The translations under genes and the position numbers were made by a program. The notes under the pieces were generated by a model that was given only the letters and a program-made list of their open reading frames with translations, was not told where the DNA came from and did no database searches. Below are positions 32,695 to 44,570 of a stretch of DNA of 64,000 nucleotides, in pieces. Source of the stretch: Macrostomum lignano (Eukaryota); NCBI GenBank assembly GCA_002269645.1, contig NIVC01000177.1:1-64000 (forward strand), read 5' to 3'. The stretch's first letter is position 1, and the number at the start of each line of letters is the position of its first letter.

Positions 32695-35164
32695 CTAGAT
32701 TAGAACAAGAGTACTATATGCATGTATAAAATATTAGATGCAGTTATAAAATTTGTAATCTATAAAAAATATATTTCAGATTGCCTATTGCTGCCTTGAT
32801 TGCTAGATTGTGTTCTATAAAAATCAATCTTTTTAGATCTATGAAAATTAAAAAGGGCTTTTTTATATATAGCCTTATTTTATTTCTTTGTTTGGAAAAT
32901 TAATTTCCTTTTCTTTTAAATATTTGCTTATTCTATGTAATTTCCTTGTGTTGTAGTGCTATTATTTATTTGCAAAGTCAAAGAAACTTATTTTTTAATT
33001 CAAAATTGTCTTTTGTATGCATATTGGCTAGTTATAAGACCTTAACTAAAATTCCTTTTTACTAGGCCCTTGGCTAGATAAAACAATAAACAAGAGCATA
33101 GGGCATTTGTTATATAATACCAAAGCTTTGTCTATTTCATTTTATGATGCCCCTTGGCTTGGTATTCAATGGACTTTTTAATATTCAAAAAGTAAGAAAA
33201 AGGTAGGTTTTAAATCTAGTTTAGTTAGTCAAGTGGATCATGAAAAAATGTTTTATTGTTGTTGACGTAGTATAGGCTTAATCAATTTTATTTAGGCCTA
33301 ATGTAAGAAATTTTAGCAATATTGTGGGTATTGAATTTTGAAAATAAAGATAGAATCATCCCAAAGATAAAAGAATATTGTAGGCCTAATATTGTTATCT
33401 ATCAGTAAGTTCATATTGCTTGTTTAGTGGCAAAATAGTTACTAATAACAAAAAAGCTTAAGTCGGAGACAAAACCATCTTTTTATTTTATAGCCTAAGG
33501 CTAAGGCCATCTGGCCATGGTGATCCATCTACCCGGATGGCTGGATTGAACTCTGTATCACGACTGTATGTCAAGTCAATCAAGCCAAGGCTATATTAAA
33601 ACTATGAATTGTCATGGTATTGACTACTGTTGAAATTTTTGTCAGTGTTCTATGCTTTACTTCTTCAAAAAGTTATACTACAATAGCTTTTACGCTTGAG
33701 GACGTGGACGGAAGCAATCTGATTAATGCTAAATTCCAAGATTTTACAGCAATAATGAATTTGCCACATAAGCACAGTTTAAATGCGTGCCATTTCACAT
33801 TTTAACTGTATTTATGTAATTATTATCGCAATTACTTTAGAAGTCTATTTAACAGCATTTGGCCTAGTTATAAAAATAAATATTAACTAATATAACACTG
33901 GAGGTTGCGTAAAAGCACAAACTTAATTCGTTTAACCCGTTAGCATTGCTTTAATGTATTTTTCTAACTAATCAAGTCTTGTCAAGCAAGGCGTTGCAAG
34001 ACTACTGTCACTGTATTAATTTTTTGAAAACGTACGTGTTAAACATAACGAGTGACATTTAAGCTTACATTTATATAGTATGAGAAACAAAGACCGTGCC
34101 GTAAGTCTGGACAGATTAGAGAAAATACAGTACGCATGCAGGACAGTGGTATATACTGATATTTTACACTGATAAACTAAAAGGGCGATCATGTTCACTA
34201 CATGTTTAAGTTTACTTCGGCTACTTACTAGTGGGGGGGGCACTTGGTTTAGATTCATTTACTTATACACGGCATTTCTCGCGATTGGATAAATTGCAAG
34301 ATAATAATTTATCATTGTTCTTTTAACAAAAAGAATAATGTAACCCTACATACATCTAATAAAATCTCTATAAAGTCATAATTAATAGGCATGGATTAAG
34401 ACCGCAGGCGATGTCATCATGCAATTACGTTACCCGATTGTATGTACTAATGTACAGTACATCCATGCATTACGTACAAATTGGTTGAATTCATATAACA
34501 GCTCTTATTCTCTGCGCGCACCTGTGCACTCGCTCATTATTAAATTCGAACTAATTTTCGAATAAATGCTAAAAACTACTTGTAATTGAGAGCCTAAATA
34601 ATTTTGCACGTTAAAAGTCGCAATAAGGCGAAGAAAAGAATTGTTTATACTAAAGGACCTGATCGAGCTCTCCAAACCGAGGCAAAGAGAAACTTACTTT
34701 TTCTCACCCCCTGCTGTCCTGTCGCAGAGTCGAATTTGAGGAGCCCATGGTCATTCAGGGGTGGTGGGGGTGAAAGCATTTCGCTTAGCCTCATATAGGG
34801 CTTTGCTTTCATGCTCTGTCGATCCAACGCCTTGAGTGTCCAGAGCATACAAAACACATGCAAGTGTATTGAACTCGTTAACTCGCGGAGAGCCCGGCCC
34901 AATTCTCTAAACAGAAAAACTAGAGGGATTTTTACGGATCTGCGGAGGTTCCGGGTGAGTATATTGGCGATCAAGCTAGGGGCCAGAGGCTTGACATAAA
35001 CTCTCTTATAGTACAATGGAAGAGTTAAATATTGCATGACGTGTCTAAATAGGATTGAAATTTTAAAGATCAGCTCAATATTGGTTACTTCATTTACCAC
35101 CTTTTGTAAGTTATCGCTACAAGTTCCTAACTTCTTGCAGAAGCAGCGGCGCTGCAGTGGAAGG

Positions 35165-35965
35165 GGCGCCGTAGGGTGTCGGAAGGGAAGGGGCGTCAGA
35201 AGGGAAGGGGCGCCGGAAGGGAAGGGGTGCCGGAAGGGAAGGGGTGCCGGAAGGGAAGGGGCGCCGGAAGGGAAGGGTTGCCGGAAGGGAAGGGGTGCCG
35301 AAGGGCGTCGGAAGGGAAGGGGCACCAGAGGGGAATGGGCACCGGAAGGGAAGGAGCGTCCGAATGGAAGGAGAGCCAGAAAGGAAGGAGAGCCAGAAGG
35401 GAAGGAGAGCCATAAGGGAAGGAGAGCCATAAGGGAAGGAGAGCCAGAAAGGAAGGAGAGCCATAAGGGAAGGAGAGCCATAAGGGAAGGAGAGCCAGAA
35501 GGGAAGGAGAGCCAGAAAGGAAGGAGAGCCATAAGGGAAGGAGAGCCATAAGGGAAGGAGAGCCATAAGGGAAGGAGAGCCATAAGGGAAGGAGAGCCAT
35601 AAGGGAAGGAGAGCCATAAGGGAAGGAGAGCCAGAAAGGAAGGAGAGCCATAAGGGAAGGAGAGCCATAAGGGAAGGAGAGCCATAAGGGAAGGAGAGCC
35701 AGAAAGGAAGGAGAGCCATAAGGGAAGGAGAGCCATAAGGGAAGGAGAGCCATAAGGGAAGGAGAGCCAGAAGGGAAGGAGAGCCATAAGGGAAGGAGAG
35801 CCATAAGGGAAGGAGAGCCATAAGGGAAGGAGAGCCAGAAAGGAAGGAGAGCCATAAGGGAAGGAGAGCCATAAGGGAAGGAGAGCCAGAAGGGAAGGAG
35901 AGCCAGAAAGGAAGGAGAGCCATAAGGGAAGGAGAGCCAGAAGGGAAGGAGCGCCGGAAGGGAAG
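35165..35965. repeat. 17-bp purine-rich minisatellite GGGAAGGAGAGCCATAA (with related GGAAGGGAAGGGGCGCC units at the 5' end)
   Basis: Visible periodicity; probably intronic between a CGG|GTGAGT donor at 34955 and a TTCAG acceptor at 36058. Confidence 0.93.
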
Positions 35966-36067
35966 CGACAGTCGGTCTGCACGCATGTACACCAACAAGC
36001 AGGATAAATGCTGCATTATTGAGATGATAAGCATTGTAAATCATTAACAACGATTCAGCAGAGCAGA

Positions 36068-38521
36068 ATGTCCGACGAAGACAGAGAAATGGCGATGATG
36101 TCGGACGAGGCTGACGAAGAAGGCGAAGCCGACCGGCTACTCCAGTTGGCGGCACTAGGGATGACGGCGCCGAGTGGGTCTGGTAGCGCCGGCGCTCAAG
36201 CCAGGGAGAAGCGCATCACCAGATTCGACGTGATCGATCCGCGGAAGCCACCGGTCAGCGGAGCCGCGGTGACAGCAGCTCGGAGTCTCTACCGGCTCAA
36301 GCAGCCGCACTCGGACTCGAACCTGCGTTGTGCCAGGCGGCTCAAGCAGCTGCAGGAAACGCAGGAGAGTCGCTCAAGGGAGTCCATCGCTGCTGCCGCT
36401 GCTGCTGCCGCGCCCACACTGCGGTTTGAGTTGAGTGACCGGATTTGTGCTGTTAGTGGGTGGGGTAGTGGGTGGGGTAGGGGGTGGGGTAGTGGGTGGG
36501 GTAGCGGGTGGGGTAGCGGGCGGGGTAGTGGGTGGGGTAGTGGGTGGGGTAGTGGGTTGGGTAGCGGGTGATGTAGTGAATAGTGGGTGGGCTAGTAGGT
36601 GAGGTAGTGGGTAGGGTAGTAGATGGGGGAGTGAGTTGGGCAGTGGGTGGGTTATTGGGTGGGTAGTGGGTAGGGTAGTAATGTAAATAACATCTTTTGG
36701 GTAGTGGGTGGTGTGAAGTCTAGGTTTGCGTGCCGAAAAAGGTGGCCTCTGTAAGGCTCTGTTTGCTCAATATATTTATTAGTCAATATTGGGGTGGGGT
36801 GAAGCGATGCGCGATTGGTCGGGAATTGGTAAACAAGTTTAGGCGAGAGAATGAGTCATGAATAATAATGTGGGCCAGAAAGTGCAGCGCACTGCCTACG
36901 CCCTACAGGTGGGGTAGTGGGTACCAGCAAAAATGAGCTGCAGGTGTTCAATTAATGGCGGTCATCTCCAGAGGCTCCCAAAAAGGCCTGCCTATACGAG
37001 CGTAGTTTAGTGGAGCCCAATGCCCAATGCTATACAGAGCAAAGCAAGTATACTGCAGCATATTATTGCAATTCCTTTGCAACGGTAGGAACCCACAAAA
37101 TTTTTCTCTTTGTACAGGAAATGCCAGCTAAGCGTTTTAGAGGCTTATAAGCCATACAAATGTCTAGGCAGAAGTTTGGCAAATGTATTCATTATGCAAG
37201 TACGGACAGAGTATTAATGTAATGAATGACTGACACCCCGGGTGTTATGTGGAAGTTTGTTCCGGGTAGAATTTGTTGGATAGCTGCTTTGCTTTGACAG
37301 AATTTATTATGCAGAAGCGTTTCTGCAAAGCGGTGAAATTCAGCGCTGGAATCGTTTATTTCTGATTTAAACAAAATTGTTCATATATTTTCTCTTATTG
37401 TGCCAGCTAAGCGTTAGCTTGAACTCTATCTAAGATAAAAGATTTCGTAATGACTTCCTGGGCACGATATTTTTTTCGTTCAAAGTTGTGCCAATTCGGA
37501 CCTCTAGAAGTATAGATGGACGGGAAACTTTGTTTCTTGGAGAAGTTTAGATTTTTAGCCAATGCAGCCAGCAGGTGTTTTGTCCGAGCTGCGCTCACAA
37601 GTTTATCAAGTTGCTTTTTCATGAACTGCTGCCGGAGACCGGCAAGCAAGCAGAGTTGCGGCGAAATTGCAGCTGCTCCTGTCTCTGCAGTGTTTTGTCT
37701 GGACGGATTTGTCTATGGCCAAACCCCACTCAGCGCTGTGCTGAACAGCAGATCTTTAGGTAATCTTTAGGAAACCTTTAGGAAATGTTTAGGAAACCTT
37801 TAGGAAATGTTTAGGAAATGTTTAGGAAATCCTTAGGAAATCATTCGGACCCTAACCTAAAGCTAACCCTACTCTAACCCTAACCCGAACCCCTCCTGCC
37901 GGCAGCCAGCAGAGTTCCGAACCGGTGGTGGACGCCCCGGCCTCCCCAGCGATTCAGGGACCGTGGGGCGAGGACCTCTGCCAGCTGTGCAAGACCTTCA
38001 GGTCCGGCCACCTCAACCTGGACAGCAGCGGCGCCGCTACCGACTCCGGCGTCGGCCTGCAGCTTGATGACCGGCCTGGCGTCATCCGCTGGCGGAAGCT
38101 GCCCTGCCGCTGCCCGGACCGCTACCTGCACGTGACCTGCCTGACCAGCGCATTCTTCGACGAGGCCGTCTATTCGCGCGGCCGACGCCGGTTGAACATT
38201 CAGTGCGCCGTCTGCGCCGAGAGGTTCGTCGTGACGCACCATCGAGGCCGGCGCTCCTGCGACAGCGTCGCCTGCACGTCGTTCAGTCGGCACCTACTGC
38301 TGGCTGGCGTCACGGCCGGCGCCCTGCTGGGCTTCGGCCTCTGGTCGATGCTGCACCCTATCGAGGGCCGCGCTCGCCTGGTCAACTGCGGCATGGTGGC
38401 GGCTGGCTGCCTCATCCTGGTGGTCTTCGCCATGTACGAGGTGTGGTTGCTGTACTGCCGATACGAGTTCCTCATCAATAGAGTCGATGGCGGTGGAGAA
38501 AGAGTCGTGGTCAAGAGTTGA
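36068..38521 (+). CDS. RING-CH (MARCH-like) membrane E3 ubiquitin ligase; proposed join(36068..36423,37906..38521), ~323 aa
   Basis: Exon 2 encodes CQLC...PCRC...HVTC...CAVC (C4HC3) followed by two hydrophobic helices. That frame has no ATG after the stop at 37853, so it must be spliced; CG|GTTTGA (36424) to CTGCCGGCAG|C (37905) restores phase. A further in-frame 5' exon (34811..34954, joined at 36059) is possible. The exon-1 link is inferred. Confidence 0.65.
36458..36680 (+). repeat. 12-bp G-rich array GGGTGGGGTAGY, decaying 3'-wards
   Basis: Direct reading. Confidence 0.88.
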
Positions 38522-38609
38522 CGAGCGTTTGTCTCTGGAGTCTGAGCTTACTGTTCTTGGACACTTGTAGCGGACTCTCTGCTGGCTTCTAATAGTAGTG
38601 CAAATCCTT

Positions 38610-41103
38610 GTCTAGTTGTCCTTGTGTCCACCTACCGACCATCCTTGTGTCCACCTACCGACCATCCTTGTGTCCACCATCCCGCCTATCCTTGTGTCCA
38701 CCATCCCGCCTATCCTTGTGTCCACCATCCCGCCTATCCTTGTGTCCACCTACCGACCATCCTTGTGTCCACCTACCGGCCATCCTTGTGTCCACCTACC
38801 GGCCATCCTTGTGTCCACCTACCGACTATCCTTGTGTCCACCTACTGGCCATCCTTGTGTCCACCGACCGTCCATCCTTGTGTCTACCTACCGACCATCC
38901 TTGTGTCAACCTACCGACTATCCTTGTGTCCACCTACCGACCATCCTTGTGTCCACCTACCGACCATCCTTGTGTCCACCTACCGACTATCTTTGTGTCC
39001 ACCTACCGACCATCCTTGTGTCCACCTACCGACTATCCTTGTGTCCACCTACCGACCATCCTTGTGTCCACCTACCGGCCATCCTTGTGTCCACCTACCG
39101 ACCATCCTTGTGTCCACCTACCGACCATCCTTGTGTCCACCTACCGACCATCCTTGTGTCCACCTACCGACTATCCTTGTGTCCACCTACCGACCATCCT
39201 TGTGTCCACCTACCGACCATCCTTGTGTCCACCTACCGACCATCCTTGTGTCCACCTACCGACCATCCTTGTGTCCACCTACCGACCATCCTTGTGTCCA
39301 CCTACCGACTATCCTTGTGTCCACCTACCGACCATCCTTGTGTCCACCTACTGGCCATCCTTGTGTCCACCGACCGTCCATCCTTGTGTCCACCTACCGA
39401 CTATCCTTGTGTCCACCTACCGACCATACTTGTGTCCACCTACCGACCATCCTTGTGTCCACCTACCGACTATCTTTGTGTCCACCTACCGACTATCCTT
39501 GTGTCCACCTACCGACCATCCTTGTGTCAACCTACTAGCCATCCTTGTGTCCACCTACCGACTATCCTTGTGTCCACCTACCGACCATTCTTGTGTCCAC
39601 CTACCGACTATCCTTGTGTCCACCTACCGACCATTCTTGTGTCCACCTACCGACTATCCTTGTGTCCACCTACCGACCATCCTTGTGTCCACCTACCGGC
39701 CATCCTTGTGTCCACCTACCGACCATCCTTGTGTCCACCTACCGACTATCCTTGTGTCCACCTACCGACCATCCTTGTGTCCACCTACCGACTATCTTTG
39801 TGTCCACCTACCGACCATCCTTGTGTCCACCTACCGACTATCCTTGTGTCCACCTACCGACTATCCTTGTGTCCACCTACCGACTATCCTTGTGTCCACC
39901 TACCGACCATCCTTGTGTCCACCTACTGGCCATCCTTGTGTCCACCGACCGTCCATCCTTTTGTCCATCTACCGACTATCCTTGTGTCCACCTACCGACC
40001 ATTCTTGTGTCCACCTACCGACTATCCTTGTGTCCACCTACCGACCATCCTTGTGTCCACCTACCGGCTATCCTTGTGTCCACCTACCGGCCATCCTTGT
40101 GTCCACCTACCGACTATCCTTGTGTCCACCTACCGACTATCTTTGTGTCCACCTACCGACCATCCTTGTGTCCACCTACCGACTATCCTTGTGTCCACCT
40201 ACCGACTATCCTTGTGTCCACCTACCGACTATCCTTGTGTCCACCTACCGACCATCCTTGTGTCCACCTACTGGCCATCCTTGTGTCCACCGACCGTCCA
40301 TCCTTGTGTCCACCTACCGACTATCCTTGTGTCCACCTACCGACCATTCTTGTGTCCACCTACCGACTATCCTTGTGTCCACCTACCGACCATCCTTGTG
40401 TCCACCTACCGACTATCCTTGTGTCCACCTACCGACCATCCTTGTGTCCACCTACCGACTATCCTTGTGTCCACCTACCGACCATCCTTGTGTCCACCTA
40501 CCGACTATCCTTGTGTCCACCTACCGACTATCTTTGTGTCCACCTACCGACCATCCTTGTGTCCACCTACCGACTATCCTTGTGTCCACCTACCGACTAT
40601 CCTTGTGTCCACCTACCGACCATCCTTGTGTCCACCTACTGGCCATCCTTGTGTCCACCGACCGTCCATCCTTGTGTCCACCTACCGACCATTCTTGTGT
40701 CCACCTACCGGCCATCCTTGTGTCCACCTACCGACCATCCTTGTGTCCACCTACCGGCCATCCTTGTGTCCACCGACCGTCCATCCTTGTGTCTACCGAC
40801 CGACCATCCTTGTGTCCACCTTTCCTCCAATCCTTGCGTCCACCATCCCGCCAATCTTTGTGTCTACCTCCCCTCCAATCATTGTGTCCACCTCCTCTCC
40901 AATCCTTGTGTCCACCTCCCCGCCAATCTTTGTGTCCACCATCCCTCCAATCATTGTGTCCACCTTCCCTCCAATCATTGTGTCCACCTCCCGTCCAATC
41001 ATTGTGTCCACTTTCCCCCTAATCATTGTGTCCACCTCCTCTCCAATCCTTGTGTCTACCTCCCCGCCAATCTTTGTGTCCACTTTCCCCCTAATCCTTG
41101 TGT
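38610..41103. repeat. 23-bp minisatellite ATCCTTGTGTCCACCTACCGACY, ~108 copies
   Basis: Visible periodicity; three + frames are open for 0.9-2.5 kb as an artefact. Confidence 0.97.
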
Positions 41104-41392
41104 GAGCTGTCTGCTTGTCAATTTATCGATGGTATCCGAGTACAAAAAAATATGTAGTGAGAACTACTATTTAGTAATATAGAAGTATGTAGTAGTAACT
41201 TCAAGTAAAAATAACATACTTAAAAACAACACAGAGAGCTGTGGAGTTATTAATATCCAAATAGAATCAAATTAAATCAGAAATTTTTCCGTCTCAACTT
41301 ATTTCATACTGCTAGTAGTTGATTCAGACGTTATTTTAAATTAATGCTGAATAAACAGCGCTATTTTTTACATATAAATACAAATTAAAACA

Positions 41393-42040
41393 AGGCCTGT
41401 AATTGAGGCCTGTAACTGAGGCCTGTAACACTGAGGCCTGTAACACTGAGGACTGTAACTGAGGCCTGTAACACTGAGGACTGTAATTGAGGTCTGTAAC
41501 TGAGGCCTGTAACACTGAGGCCTGTAACACTGAGGCCTGTAACACTGAGGCCTGTAACACTGAGGCCTGTAACACTGAGGACTGTAACTGAGGCCTGTAA
41601 CACTGAGGCCTGTAACTGAGGCCTATAACACTGAGGCCTGTAACTAAGGCCTGTAACTGAGGTCTGTAACTAAGGCCTGTAATTGAGGTCTGTAACTGAG
41701 GCCTGTAACACTGAGGCCTGTAACACTGAGGACTGTAACTGAGGCCTGTAACACTGAGGCCTGTAACTGAGGCCTATAACACTGAGGCCTGTAACTAAGG
41801 CCTGTAACTGAGGTCTGTAACTAAGGCCTGTAATTGAGGTCTGTAACTGAGGCCTGTAACACTGAGGCCTGTAACACTGAGGACTGTAACTGAGGCCTGT
41901 AACACTGAGGACTGTAACTGAGGCCTGTAACACTGAGGCCTGTAACTGAGGCCTATAACACTGAGGCCTGTAACTGAGGCCTGTAACTGAGGCCTGTAAC
42001 TGAGGACTGTAACTGAGGCCTGTAACTGAGGCCTGTAAGT
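41393..42040. repeat. Mixed 12/14-bp array CTGTAA(CA)CTGAGGC upstream of the Fox gene
   Basis: Visible periodicity. Confidence 0.93.
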
Positions 42041-42123
42041 GAGAGAGAGGCCTTTTCATGTGTAAAGATACTTGGGAGGGTTCAAGCAGCCCAGACTCTA
42101 ACAGTCCAAGATCTCGGCCTCAT

Positions 42124-42224
42124 CCAATGCGGCCAGCCAATGAGAAGCGAGTTAGCGTTCTCTAGGGAGAGTCAGCCTGAGGTAGGTCCCGGTGCCATGC
42201 AGCTGTCGGGGGCCACTATAAATA
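42124..42224 (+). promoter_or_regulatory. Putative core promoter: two CCAAT boxes and TATAAATA
   Basis: CCAAT at 42124 and 42137; TATAAATA at 42217-42224, ~85 nt before the ATG at 42309. AATAAA at 43396 downstream of the ORF. Confidence 0.5.
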
Positions 42225-42308
42225 GAAAGCCGCTCAAAAGCACAGCTGTCAAAGCTTCTCGGATACTTATTGACTGTCATTACATTCTAGTTTTAACCAA
42301 AGCTCAGC

Positions 42309-43181
42309 ATGTCATTGTCTGCAGCACCGGCCAAGCCTCCCTACAGCTACATCAGCCTGATCTGCATGGCCATCGAACGGTCGCCAGGCAGAATGGTCAC
42401 TCTGGCCGAAATCTACCAGTTCGTGTCCGGCAATTTCCCCTATTATCGACAGGAGGCTGGGCGGCGGCGCTGGCAGAACTCCATCCGTCATTCGCTGTCA
42501 TTCAACGACTGCTTCGTCCGGGTTGGCCGCTCGCCGGCCGCCGAAGGAGGCGGAGGTGGCAAAGGCGCTTATTGGACGCTGCATCCGGACAGCGGGAACA
42601 TGTTCGAGAACGGCTGTTACCTGCGGCGGCAGCGGCGCTTCCGCGACCCCCACAAGGCCAAGGATCGTTCGGACACGCCGGCAAAGCCGTCAGAAATTTT
42701 CGAGACCCTGTCGACTGCGTCCGGACACTCCGAGGAGAAGCATTCGGACATATTCCGACAGTCAACGGCTCCTCGGACCTCGCTGCCGAGCTTCCAGCCG
42801 AATTCGAACGAATCCGGACAATTTTCGGACATGTTCGGACACGTCGAAAACAAGTCGGACAGCTTCGATCTATTCCATGGCGATGCTGCTGCCGAATTTA
42901 CCGCGACATCGGCCGGACAGCCTCAGACTCTAGTTCCGGACACATTCGGACAAACTCGGACACCAACCAACGCGCCGTTGATGGAAAATATGGAGTCGCC
43001 TCAGAGTTCCTCGTGGCTGCAGCCGGGTACCAGCAGCAGCAGCAGCAGCAGCAGCAGTTGGTGTACGGCGGCTGCTGCTGCGGAGCCTGCCAGCCGCAGG
43101 TTGCCCCAGCCGCAGACTTCTATGGCAACTACTGCTGCTCCTACGGCTACCCGCACTATGCCGACTGCACAGCTGAGCTGA
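42309..43181 (+). CDS. foxA: Intronless forkhead transcription factor, FoxA class, 290 aa as read (the C-terminus may be frameshifted)
   Basis: [10 protein letters not shown]...[18 protein letters not shown]...[24 protein letters not shown], the FoxA-diagnostic end of the domain. Confidence 0.88.
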   Translation: MSLSAAPAKPPYSYISLICMAIERSPGRMVTLAEIYQFVSGNFPYYRQEAGRRRWQNSIRHSLSFNDCFVRVGRSPAAEGGGGGKGAYWTLHPDSGNMFENGCYLRRQRRFRDPHKAKDRSDTPAKPSEIFETLSTASGHSEEKHSDIFRQSTAPRTSLPSFQPNSNESGQFSDMFGHVENKSDSFDLFHGDAAAEFTATSAGQPQTLVPDTFGQTRTPTNAPLMENMESPQSSSWLQPGTSSSSSSSSSWCTAAAAAEPASRRLPQPQTSMATTAAPTATRTMPTAQLS

Positions 43182-43738
43182 CTGTCGCAACTGGATTTTG
43201 AAAACTCTAACTTATAATATCCATAGAGTCTGCATCATGTGGCAACACTTTTGCTTGATTTCTTGCGTCTGTTCTGCTGCCTTTTTTCGAGCTTTTTATG
43301 TTTCCTGTGCAAAATTTGCTTAATTTAATGCTGCGCCTGACCAGATGTACTCACATAGTTACTCAAATTTTACCTGTCAATTATAATATACTCTTAATAA
43401 ATAATGATACCTGCTCACGATGAGAATAGCTCAGCTCTCAATCAGTTTAATTAAGCTATCGTTGGTGTGAATTAATCACCGACTCGGGACACAATGCCAT
43501 TGGGCCAGCCTGCTCCATCAGTGAATTGCCCATTGTTCTGCCTATTGTGAGCAACTTAGTTAGCCAGAAAAGTGCCAATTCAGCCGCTGGCTGACTGGCT
43601 GAATGGCATAATTAGCATTATCTATTTGCGAGGACTATCAGAACTGTCAAATCCTGTTCTCATCGCTGCGATCTCAGAAAATGGAAATAGTCCAGTTTTC
43701 TGCTGAGCGCGGAGGGGGTCAATGGCGGCTTTGGGAAA

Positions 43739-44570
<832 letters not shown>

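Noticed and set aside
34645-36155. Minus-strand 305-445-aa hydrophobic ORFs
   Set aside because: They are the antisense reading of the 17-bp purine-rich array.
38608-41182. 804-, 829- and 545-aa ORFs in all three + frames
   Set aside because: They are translations of a stop-free 23-bp minisatellite, with no domain content or codon structure.
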